Below, in pieces: positions 10,365-18,081 of a stretch of DNA of 64,000 bases. Position 1 is the first letter of the stretch. Each line of letters starts with the position of its first letter. Source of the DNA: an uncultured Saprospiraceae bacterium (GTDB lineage: Bacteria; Bacteroidota; Bacteroidia; Chitinophagales; Saprospiraceae); assembly GCA_937928575.1 (NCBI GenBank), contig CALFWW010000001.1:2281-66280 (forward strand), given 5' to 3'. Both the position numbers and the translations under genes were made by a program. The notes under the pieces were generated by a model. That model was not told where the DNA came from, made no database searches, and worked only from the letters and a program-made list of their open reading frames with translations.

Positions 10365-10480
10365 AGCTATTTGGACATTTAGCATTTTGGACACTTCACT
10401 TAAAAACAGAAATTTCAGTTTTTCATAAAATTTTTTTTTTAAATGGGAAGTGTCCAAATGGCTAAATATCCAAATGGCTA
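10365..10480. repeat. Long imperfect inverted repeat built from GTCCAAA/TTTGGAC-type short repeats
   Basis: agctatttggacatttagcattttggacacttc (10365-10397) pairs imperfectly with gaagtgtccaaatggctaaatatccaaatggcta (10447-10480). Related sequences lie at 1-32, 25531-25607 and 57232-57258. Confidence 0.7.
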
Positions 10481-10507
10481 AAATCCAAAAAATCTAATTA
10501 AAAAATA

Positions 10508-11479
10508 ATGATAGTAGTCACAGGAGCATTAGGATTTATCGGTAGCTGTTTAGTTGCTGAGTTAGGAGCAAAAGGACACAAACGTATATGTGTTGTTGAT
10601 GATTTCTACAAAGACTACAAAAATGCCAATTTGGATAACAAACCATTTATTATTGGTGATTGGGTGCATCGAGATATTTTTATTCAATGGTTTAAAAATA
10701 ACTATGCTGCAGTTGACATGGTTTACCATTTAGGTGCACGTACGGATACTGCGGAAAAGAGCAAAACAATTTTTAAGGAACTCAACCTTGAATACTCCAA
10801 AGAGATTTGGAAGATCTGTACACAACATCAAATTCCAATGGTGTATGCATCGAGTGCAGCAACTTATGGAGATGGAAAAAATGGGTACAATGATTCGCAT
10901 ACGGTTGTCTCCAAGTTGAAACCATTGAATGCATATGGTGATTCCAAAAATGATTTTGACAAGTGGGTGTTGAAGCAAAAAACAGCACCACCATTTTGGG
11001 CGGGTTTAAAATTCTTCAATGTCTATGGACCCAACGAGTATCATAAAAAAAGAATGGCTTCGGTAGTTTTCCATGCTTACAATCAAATTAAGGCGACGGG
11101 TGAAATGAAGTTGTTCCGTTCGCACAAAAAAGGAATAAAAGATGGTCATCAAAAACGTGATTTTATTTATGTAATGGATGTCGTGAACGTCTGTCACTTC
11201 TTTTTAAAACATCAAAAAACTTCTGGACTCTTCAATTTGGGAACTGGAAAAGCACGTACTTTTTTAGATCTCGTCAATGCCACTTTCAAAGCAATGGGAG
11301 TGAAGCCAAAAATTTCTTATATCGATACACCAAAAGATATTCGCAAAAATTATCAGTATTTCACCGAAGCTAAAATGACAAAGCTGAAAAAAGCAGGTTA
11401 TAAAACGAAGTTTACTTCTTTGGAAGATGGGGTGAAGGAATATGTGAAAAAGTATTTGGTGAAGGGGAAGGTTTATTAG
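10508..11479 (+). CDS. hldD: ADP-L-glycero-D-manno-heptose 6-epimerase-like NAD-dependent epimerase
   Basis: 323 aa with a Rossmann motif VTGALGFIGS, SSAATYGDG and a YGDSK (YxxxK) catalytic motif. The overall layout resembles HldD/RfaD. Confidence 0.75.
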   Translation: MIVVTGALGFIGSCLVAELGAKGHKRICVVDDFYKDYKNANLDNKPFIIGDWVHRDIFIQWFKNNYAAVDMVYHLGARTDTAEKSKTIFKELNLEYSKEIWKICTQHQIPMVYASSAATYGDGKNGYNDSHTVVSKLKPLNAYGDSKNDFDKWVLKQKTAPPFWAGLKFFNVYGPNEYHKKRMASVVFHAYNQIKATGEMKLFRSHKKGIKDGHQKRDFIYVMDVVNVCHFFLKHQKTSGLFNLGTGKARTFLDLVNATFKAMGVKPKISYIDTPKDIRKNYQYFTEAKMTKLKKAGYKTKFTSLEDGVKEYVKKYLVKGKVY

Positions 11480-11498
11480 AAATTCCTTGGTAGGAATT

Positions 11499-11620
11499 GA
11501 ATATCGAATATCGAACAGGGTATTTCGAATTGAGCACGTAAGGAGCACGCGAGTTCATGCGTTTGGTTTCACGTCCTCTACTTCAAAATTCAATATTCTG
11601 CGGTTCGATATTCGATATTC
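11499..11620. repeat. Intergenic palindromic element (cgatattcgatattc family)
   Basis: A perfect 18-bp inverted repeat: gaatatcgaatatcgaac (11499-11516) and gttcgatattcgatattc (11603-11620). The interior is related to 1516-1589 and 1712-1761. Confidence 0.8.
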
Positions 11621-11622
11621 TT

Positions 11623-13305
11623 CTACCCACCCATCTGTGACTTCGCCCATTGAATATAAAACTTCACTTCCGCTTCAAGTGCACGTAATGTTTTAAGTTT
11701 CGCTTTTTCAGCCTCAGCTTTTCTGAATTTATTTTTCTTTTCGCGGATCACTTTAAATTTTGCCTCATAATCTTCTTTTTCTTTTTCGGTCAGTAGCTCC
11801 ATTGCTTCGTACTTTTCTCTTATACGTTGATTTGCAATAGATTTTAGTTGATTGACAGAATCTCGTTCTGCTTTTGGTAATTCTTTTATTTTATAATAAT
11901 CGTATTGCTTTGATAATTCCTTGAACTCTTTACTCCTTGCTTTTATAACTGCATCCGTCATTCCATTTTTTTCATCACGTTCTTTTCTTAATTGGGATAG
12001 TTGTTGATCAAGTTCTGGTGTGGAAATGGAATACTGTGAACGGATAGTCATTTGATGATCTCTCATGCTAATTGGTGCGATAAATTTCGTGCCTTTCTTG
12101 TTATTTAGGTCTATTAGACGAGTTTCATCCAAAGAGATATACAATTTATTTTTGAATTCATCAAGGATATGGGTATAATCAAACCATTTTTCAATGGGAT
12201 AGGAATTCATGATTTCTAGTTTCAAGGTGATATAATCTGGATTTTTGTTTAAAATACCCTGACCGCTACTATATTGTCGAAAAGCATTGAGTGTTAGAAA
12301 CTTTTCAAGAAATTCCTCATTGGATTGTATAGATTTTAAATTTTCAAATACAGCAATTACTTTTTCTCTTAGTGGTTTGTTGTGTTCATTTGGTTTTGTG
12401 AATCGATGCCTATATCTTGTTAAATAACACTTCAGTTGATTGTCTTCAAATCGTTGATCGTGGTATCTACTAACATCGGAATCGAAATCATCTTCTTTGT
12501 TGAGACTGTCTCTTATTTGAATCATTTCCAATTCAAAATATAGATCTTCAAATGCAGATTTACTGTTTTCATTGGCTGCTAAGTTTTGTATTTTTTCCAA
12601 GTATTTTTCTTTTGCGTTTTCTGACAAATACTTTGTTGCTCTTTTGATATACTTTTCTTTATCATCTACAAATCTTTGAAAGGCGTTATCTCTATTTGTA
12701 ATTAGACGATTCATGTCATGTTTAAACTTGTCAAGTAAACTTAGCGCTTGATATTCTTGAAACGGTATATTATTGTGATTATTTAAATGAAAAGACGTGT
12801 CCATATTGTAATAATCAATCAATAAAAATCCAATCTCATCTGCTTCACAATAGCCTTGCAAGTAAACACTAATTTCTTCATCTTCATACCAAACATTTTC
12901 TTTCAACTCGATTCCAGATTCTTTAAATGCTTTACGGATAGTATGCAACGCTTCTTCACTTCTGAGTCTTTCTGGCATCCCCGTACCAAAACTTGATGGT
13001 GCATAGGGAACTCTTGCATTTTCCAAAGGAAAAGGATTATAAAGGGTGTCTTGATTGACCTGAGCCGAAACACTCTGTCCACTAAATAACATCAGACTAG
13101 CAATCCCACCAGTTGATGCCCAATTGATAAAACGTTGAGTGAAAGGGTAGGGACGTGTCTCCGGATAAAGCAATGGATTTTTATCGGTATATGACGGATA
13201 TTTGGCTTGGTAAATCCGTTTTGCTGGTTGCACTTTTAGTGGTTTCTTTTTCATGATTCGTTGTTTTAGGGTTGCAAGTGTTTTTACATTTTCGATCTTG
13301 CCCAT
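11623..13305 (-). CDS. Hypothetical exported protein, paralogue B of the radical SAM operon (unknown family)
   Basis: 560-aa ORF; the alternative start at 13254 gives MKKKPLKV. It has a hydrophobic signal/anchor segment (GGIASLMLFSGQSVSAQ). It is a clear paralogue of 13284-14822 and is K/E-rich. Confidence 0.75.
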   Translation of the reverse strand: MGKIENVKTLATLKQRIMKKKPLKVQPAKRIYQAKYPSYTDKNPLLYPETRPYPFTQRFINWASTGGIASLMLFSGQSVSAQVNQDTLYNPFPLENARVPYAPSSFGTGMPERLRSEEALHTIRKAFKESGIELKENVWYEDEEISVYLQGYCEADEIGFLLIDYYNMDTSFHLNNHNNIPFQEYQALSLLDKFKHDMNRLITNRDNAFQRFVDDKEKYIKRATKYLSENAKEKYLEKIQNLAANENSKSAFEDLYFELEMIQIRDSLNKEDDFDSDVSRYHDQRFEDNQLKCYLTRYRHRFTKPNEHNKPLREKVIAVFENLKSIQSNEEFLEKFLTLNAFRQYSSGQGILNKNPDYITLKLEIMNSYPIEKWFDYTHILDEFKNKLYISLDETRLIDLNNKKGTKFIAPISMRDHQMTIRSQYSISTPELDQQLSQLRKERDEKNGMTDAVIKARSKEFKELSKQYDYYKIKELPKAERDSVNQLKSIANQRIREKYEAMELLTEKEKEDYEAKFKVIREKKNKFRKAEAEKAKLKTLRALEAEVKFYIQWAKSQMGG

Positions 13306-14822
13306 TGGATGTACATTTTGACATCCTCCTTAAGTCTATTGATGGTTGCTTCCTTTATATAGGCTGATTCTGTTTTTCGTTTAGCATGTATGGCATCATA
13401 AGTCGCTTTGAGATTTTGCTTGAATAGAATTTCTTCCTCATCAGACATTAAGTTCATGTCTTTGTATTTTTTCAGAATAACTTGTTCTTCATCAAAGATT
13501 AAAGTTTTAATAGAATCAATTTCTGTTTTTGGAAGATATTGTTTGTCAGTATGTTGACGGAATAATTTTTTAATCTCTTTGTCTTTTTCTTTCCCAGCAG
13601 TATATTTTACCATGCTTTTTGTTTCAAATTCCTTACTTAAAGAATCTCTTTTTTCATTCAATAATTTGTACTCATTTTGTAATGCTATATATTCTTTAGA
13701 ATTAGGTGATAGCCAGATTGCCAACCGATTTTCTCTCATTTCGAGTGGTAAAATAAAATTTGTATTTGTATTGTTTGATTGGTCACTAGACAGGTTGTTT
13801 TCAAGAATGCGATTCGTTTCTTCAAATTGAAGTAGGTATCTTTCTTTAAACTGATCTAATGTGTGCACATGGTTGAGCCAATATTCGATTGAATATGTAT
13901 TCATGATTTCAAGTTTCAATTCATTATAAGCAGGTACTTGATTCATGGGTGCCCAATTGCTATTATAGTTTAAGAAAGTATTCAAAATCATGTATTGCTC
14001 AATGAATTTTTCATCAGCATTGATTGTGTGTAAGTTTTCAAAAATTGCATTGATTTTTTCAGAAAAAGCAGTAGGTTGAATGACACTTGAAAACATTCGA
14101 TAAGTTGATTGAAGGATGGCCAATTTTTCAGTCGAATTTTCAAGTCGATTGTTCACGTGTCTTTTAAGATCATATCTCAAGCCATTTTGTTTTGGGAATG
14201 GCAACACCTGGTCTAATTTATATTGTAAAAAGTAATTTTCAAAAAGGGGTTTGATTTCAGGAAAGCGTTCTAGATATTTAATTTTTTCCGCGAATTTTTT
14301 TCCTGCTGTGGTACGTTGTCTTTTCAATTCTTTGTGGTATGCTGTTTTGTCTTCCAAAAACAAAAGAAATGCTTCACCTCTCTTTTTTTCAAATTGCTTA
14401 ATTTTATTGGTAATATCCGATTGCCAATCCACAATGCTTGAATCGTATTGCTTGCTATGATTATTTTTGGAGTAGAAAAAAGACTTTCCCTTTTTGTTGT
14501 GTTCAATAAGTAAAAAACCAATTTTTTCATTTTTATTATAGCCATCTAAAATCACGTTAACATCTTCAGTCTCATACCAATAATTTCCTGTTAGAATTAT
14601 GCCCGATGCTTTAAATGCATCATGAATAGCGTTCAATACTTCTTCTTTGGTTAAGTAATCTGGAATACCTAATCCACATCTGCTGACAGGCTCACCAATT
14701 TTTTTGATTGTTAGTTGAAATGTATTATACAAGGAGTCTTGTTGCGCTTGCCCAGAAATATCCAATGTTCCTAACAACATAAAGACAAGAACGTTAAAGT
14801 AGTTGCATAACTTCTTTCGCAT
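13284..14822 (-). CDS. Hypothetical exported protein, paralogue A of the radical SAM operon (unknown family)
   Basis: 512 aa with an N-terminal signal-like segment (YFNVLVFMLLGTLDISGQAQ). Its start lies 2 nt after the stop of the radical SAM gene. It is paralogous to 11623-13305. Confidence 0.8.
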   Translation of the reverse strand: MRKKLCNYFNVLVFMLLGTLDISGQAQQDSLYNTFQLTIKKIGEPVSRCGLGIPDYLTKEEVLNAIHDAFKASGIILTGNYWYETEDVNVILDGYNKNEKIGFLLIEHNKKGKSFFYSKNNHSKQYDSSIVDWQSDITNKIKQFEKKRGEAFLLFLEDKTAYHKELKRQRTTAGKKFAEKIKYLERFPEIKPLFENYFLQYKLDQVLPFPKQNGLRYDLKRHVNNRLENSTEKLAILQSTYRMFSSVIQPTAFSEKINAIFENLHTINADEKFIEQYMILNTFLNYNSNWAPMNQVPAYNELKLEIMNTYSIEYWLNHVHTLDQFKERYLLQFEETNRILENNLSSDQSNNTNTNFILPLEMRENRLAIWLSPNSKEYIALQNEYKLLNEKRDSLSKEFETKSMVKYTAGKEKDKEIKKLFRQHTDKQYLPKTEIDSIKTLIFDEEQVILKKYKDMNLMSDEEEILFKQNLKATYDAIHAKRKTESAYIKEATINRLKEDVKMYIQWARSKM

Positions 14823-14824
14823 AA

Positions 14825-15961
14825 TTACAACGTAATTTCAAAATGAGAAATAACCGCATAGTCCTCATTATAATGTTTATGAATGAATGTATTATTCCTT
14901 TTCTTCCATAGTTTGTCAGCCGCCTTATCAACGATTTCTATCAAAATCTTCTCATTATAACAAACAATTGGCGAAGCTTTATCAATTCGTCCAGTACTCA
15001 TGAAATTGATGCAAGAACACCATTTGGAACACCGAGCTTCCAGTTTGCAACCATTACATTCTGGTTTTTCCTTTTCGGATTGTTGGTATAAATGATTTTG
15101 ACAAGCTGCATCAAATCCTTCACGCACATGACCGATCATAAATTCAGGAATCGCTTTTGTTTTAACAAACTGAATACATGGATACAATTCCCCATTTGGA
15201 GCAATAGAAAATTGTTTAGTACCGATTTGGCAACGTTCACTGGCGGCAATGGGTTTGTAAGTTCTGGAGCGAATTCTTTCATCAAAAAAGCTAAGATAGA
15301 AACGCTCATTTTTCAACATTTTATCAACGTACCATTTAGATAGTTTTTGATAAGACTTTTTCAAAATAGCAAAATGTTCCAATTGCCAATCTGCTGAATA
15401 GTCCAATGTTGTCGTGATATATCGAAAACCTAAATTGAATATATAATCCACCGACTCACATAATTGATAAGCAGTGTCAGGAGACAATACACAAGTGACA
15501 TTGGTTGCTGGATTGTGACACAACATCATATCTGCTGCCTTTGCTACTTTGTGTGAAGTTGGTTTTCCACCTGCATCTACACGATGCGTGTCATGTATGT
15601 CCGGATGTCCATCTACACTTAAAGATACAAATACATTGTTATCATAAAGCTGCTTAATTAAGTCTTCACTCAATAAAGTCCCGTTGGTACTCATTCGATA
15701 GGAGACATCGATATTTTCTTTTTTGGAAAATTCACCAATAATATAGAATATCTTTTCTTTTTCAATCAGTGGTTCACCACCAAAAAAGGTAATATGCAGC
15801 CGATTGGTCTCTAATGTTTTTAATTCATTTTCGATGAAAGCAATAGAATCGTCGATGGTTTTATAGGTCATTGCAACAGGCAATTTTTCTCCTGTATAAC
15901 AATAAGTACATCTTAAATTGCAATGATGGGTCAAATGAAAAGTAGCAGAGAGTGAGTGCAT
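14825..15961 (-). CDS. Radical SAM enzyme with C-terminal SPASM domain (peptide/protein maturase type)
   Basis: 378 aa. C14-x3-C18-x2-C21 (HHCNLRCTYCY) and GGEPL are present. The SPASM pattern is exact: CQIGTKQFSIAPNGELYPC (C-x12-G-x4-C) followed by CNGCKLEARCSKWC (C-x2-C-x5-C-x3-C). Confidence 0.9.
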   Translation of the reverse strand: MHSLSATFHLTHHCNLRCTYCYTGEKLPVAMTYKTIDDSIAFIENELKTLETNRLHITFFGGEPLIEKEKIFYIIGEFSKKENIDVSYRMSTNGTLLSEDLIKQLYDNNVFVSLSVDGHPDIHDTHRVDAGGKPTSHKVAKAADMMLCHNPATNVTCVLSPDTAYQLCESVDYIFNLGFRYITTTLDYSADWQLEHFAILKKSYQKLSKWYVDKMLKNERFYLSFFDERIRSRTYKPIAASERCQIGTKQFSIAPNGELYPCIQFVKTKAIPEFMIGHVREGFDAACQNHLYQQSEKEKPECNGCKLEARCSKWCSCINFMSTGRIDKASPIVCYNEKILIEIVDKAADKLWKKRNNTFIHKHYNEDYAVISHFEITL

Positions 15962-16130
15962 ATCTTTAAGTTAAATGTTTAAAGAACTGGTTGCATAAAT
16001 AGGATGCATTTTAGAGAAAAAAAGTTGTATCGCTTCATGGATTCCCTTTTATTTATTGTGTAATCTATTGGAAATTGGTTAAAAAAGAAAATAGCGGACT
16101 AGAACAGAAAACTTTTCCATTAAGAAATAC

Positions 16131-16160
16131 CCAAACAAACAAGTTATCTGTTCTACATTT
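16131..16160. repeat. Locus-specific palindrome-containing repeat, copy e (divergent rSAM / His-rich gene intergenic region)
   Basis: ccaaacaaacaagttatctgttctacattt aligns with copies at 16823, 17654, 18025 and 18082. It is flanked by the inverted pair tagaacaga (16100-16108) and tctgttcta (16147-16155). Confidence 0.6.
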
Positions 16161-16248
16161 ATGTTTCTGTATTCCAAACGTCGATTTGGAAGCTAAAATA
16201 TACTTAAATTTATCTTTTACAATTTTTATCTTTTATAATTTTTTAGAG

Positions 16249-16698
16249 ATGGCAAAGCACATTTTTTATTCTGTTTTATTTTTAGTAATCAGCGTATTAG
16301 CGGTTTCATGTGGTGATGATGATGCAACACCTGATGATGATCATCATTCTGATTTAGCGTATAAAGTACATATTCATTCTCCATCTACTGATGATAAGAA
16401 TGTAGGAGATATGATACACATTCATACTGATTTTGAAAGTGAATCTGGTGAAGCAGTTCATCACATCAAAGTTAGAATATACAATGCTGTGGATAATAGT
16501 ATTGAAATTTACAATCAACCGGATGTAGCGCATGTCCATGAAACTGACGGAATGCTTGAATTCCATGATGATTTTATGTTGACAAATGCAAATGGCGTTG
16601 ATGCCCATACGGATTGGATACTAGAAGCAAAAGTTTGGGGACATGAAGCTGAGGAAGGAGAAGTGATTCAAACAATTCAATTTCATGTACATCCATAA
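16249..16698 (+). CDS. Histidine-rich lipoprotein (putative metal-binding)
   Basis: The ATG at 16249 gives MAKHIFYSVLFLVISVLAVSCGDDD, a signal peptide plus a lipobox Cys. By my count the mature chain of about 130 aa has about 15 His. The motif HxH recurs: VHIHS, IHIHT, AHVHE, FHVHP. Confidence 0.75.
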   Translation: MAKHIFYSVLFLVISVLAVSCGDDDATPDDDHHSDLAYKVHIHSPSTDDKNVGDMIHIHTDFESESGEAVHHIKVRIYNAVDNSIEIYNQPDVAHVHETDGMLEFHDDFMLTNANGVDAHTDWILEAKVWGHEAEEGEVIQTIQFHVHP

Positions 16699-16726
16699 TA
16701 GATAATTGGGAAACTAAAATAAAAAC

Positions 16727-16759
16727 CCCTCAATGACTACTTTCATTGAGGGTTTTTTT
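16727..16759 (+). terminator. Rho-independent terminator after the His-rich lipoprotein gene
   Basis: ccctcaatga (16727-16736) pairs with tcattgaggg (16743-16752) and is followed by ttttttt. Confidence 0.8.
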
Positions 16760-16822
16760 ATTTTGTAGATCGGGAATTATTTCTATTTCCAAAGTAGAAC
16801 AGAAATCATTTCTTTAATGAAA

Positions 16823-16869
16823 ATCCAAATAGTCAGGATGTCTGTTCAGCATTGTCTGTTCTACAAAAA
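16823..16869. repeat. Locus-specific palindrome-containing repeat, copy a (upstream of the CPBP protease gene)
   Basis: Sequence atccaaatagtcaggatgtctgttcagcattgtctgttctacaaaaa. The inverted pair gtagaacaga (16794-16803) and tctgttctac (16855-16864) brackets it. Confidence 0.6.
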
Positions 16870-16878
16870 ACAAAAGAG

Positions 16879-17628
16879 ATGAAAAATCAAAAATTAAAAG
16901 TAGGACTCTTAATTTTTTTAGCAGGTTCAATTGGTGCATTATCTTTGTTGGCTTTTGATTTGACTTCTATAAAATTTATCGCAGACAACCTCCCAGTATC
17001 TGTGACAAAATGGGAATTGAAATTAGTCTCATTAATAAATCCTTTAATGATGGTCACTGTATTCACAGTATTAGGAACTGTTTTGTATGAGAAGGTTGGA
17101 TATCCATTACCTGTTTTTGAAAGTATTGTGGATCGGAATACAGAGGTAAATTTAAAGCAGATTTTAATAAAGGGAATAATTGGAGGAATGATAGCTGGGG
17201 TAGGTATTGTTATATCAACTGTGATTGCTTTTCAATTTTTACCGCAAAAATATTTACTGGTGCTCGATCAATTTCAACTACCGCTCATTACTAAGCTGTT
17301 ATATGGTGGTATTGCAGAAGAAGTGATCATGCGTTTTGGGCTCCAAACTTTTTTAACTTGGATATTATTTAAAGTTTTTAAAAATCTAAATTTATCAGTT
17401 ATTCTAGCGATCCTCATTTCAGCAATTCTTTTTGCTCTAGGACATTTCCCAATTCTGTATTTACTGTTTCCTGAGCCTTCTTCAACTCTTTTAGTTTATA
17501 TCATTGTTGGAAATTCAATTGGAGGAATAGTTTTCGGATATTTATATTGGAAAATAGGATTGAGTGCTGCAATGATTGCGCATATGGTTACACATATTGT
17601 TATGATACTTCTCTCAAGTGCAGTGTAG
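16879..17628 (+). CDS. CPBP family (CAAX/Abi-type) intramembrane glutamic protease
   Basis: Polytopic membrane protein with the motifs EEVIMRFG (EExxxR), FALGH (FxxxH) and a C-terminal HMVTH. The ATG at 16879 is preferred over the TTG at 16852. Confidence 0.8.
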   Translation: MKNQKLKVGLLIFLAGSIGALSLLAFDLTSIKFIADNLPVSVTKWELKLVSLINPLMMVTVFTVLGTVLYEKVGYPLPVFESIVDRNTEVNLKQILIKGIIGGMIAGVGIVISTVIAFQFLPQKYLLVLDQFQLPLITKLLYGGIAEEVIMRFGLQTFLTWILFKVFKNLNLSVILAILISAILFALGHFPILYLLFPEPSSTLLVYIIVGNSIGGIVFGYLYWKIGLSAAMIAHMVTHIVMILLSSAV

Positions 17629-17653
17629 AACATAAATCTTTTCTGTTATGAAA

Positions 17654-17700
17654 ATCTAAACAGACAAGATGTCTGGTACTTAGTTTAAAATTCTGTTAGC
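17654..17700. repeat. Locus-specific palindrome-containing repeat, copy b
   Basis: Sequence atctaaacagacaagatgtctggtacttagtttaaaattctgttagc. It contains aacagac-aagat-gtctg. Confidence 0.6.
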
Positions 17701-17762
17701 GAACAATAGTTCAAATAAAATGGAAAAGATAGATTTAGATGTGTACAAATTGTTTTTGAAAT

Positions 17763-17990
17763 ATGGTGAGGAATGTTTATGGCTCAGTGATTCAAGAATT
17801 ACACGCCCAGAAGGAACTTCACTTCAAACGGATGAAATGTTTTGATATGCTGAATGCAGTTGAAAAGAAACTAGAAATGTTAGCAACTGGAAATTATTCT
17901 AAGAATATAGAAGAAGTTTTAAAAGAAGAAATTGAAAAGTTAAGATCTAACTTAACTATGGATGTTTTTGAATTAATCAGTAAAAAGTAA
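17763..17990 (+). CDS. Small hypothetical helical protein (start and frame uncertain)
   Basis: 75-aa ORF that is K/E-rich and coiled-coil-like. A 41-codon ORF in another frame (17720-17845) overlaps its 5' end, so this may be a frameshifted gene. Confidence 0.35.
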   Translation: MVRNVYGSVIQELHAQKELHFKRMKCFDMLNAVEKKLEMLATGNYSKNIEEVLKEEIEKLRSNLTMDVFELISKK

Positions 17991-18024
17991 AGCAGAAGTC
18001 TTTTCTCTTTTCTGTTTATGGACT

Positions 18025-18080
18025 ATCCAAACAGGCTAGATGTCTGTTCAACATTTAAAATTATTTCTGTTCTACAAAAA
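18025..18080. repeat. Locus-specific palindrome-containing repeat, copy c
   Basis: Sequence atccaaacaggctagatgtctgttcaacatttaaaattatttctgttctacaaaaa. Confidence 0.6.
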
Positions 18081-18081
18081 T

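Noticed and set aside
11487-11696. ORF 11487-11696 (+), and ORFs 1315-1572 (-) and 11264-11548 (-).
   Set aside because: Their sequence is largely the palindromic cgatattcgatattc repeat element, or they overlap the ends of real genes. They are artefacts of repeat DNA.
14825-15961. The radical SAM/SPASM enzyme interpreted as an anaerobic sulfatase-maturating enzyme.
   Set aside because: The window has no sulfatase gene, and I did not see a (C/S)-x-P-x-R motif in the two co-operonic paralogues. It cannot be fully excluded without phylogeny.
16075-16248. N-terminal extensions implied by track ORFs that start at TTG or at upstream ATG codons (16075, 16852, 7472, 26256, 38305, 43398, 58499, 59629, 23850, 23334).
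   Set aside because: In each case an internal ATG gives a canonical N-terminus (a signal peptide or a conserved first motif). The extension either overlaps repeats or neighbouring genes, or consists of low-complexity sequence.
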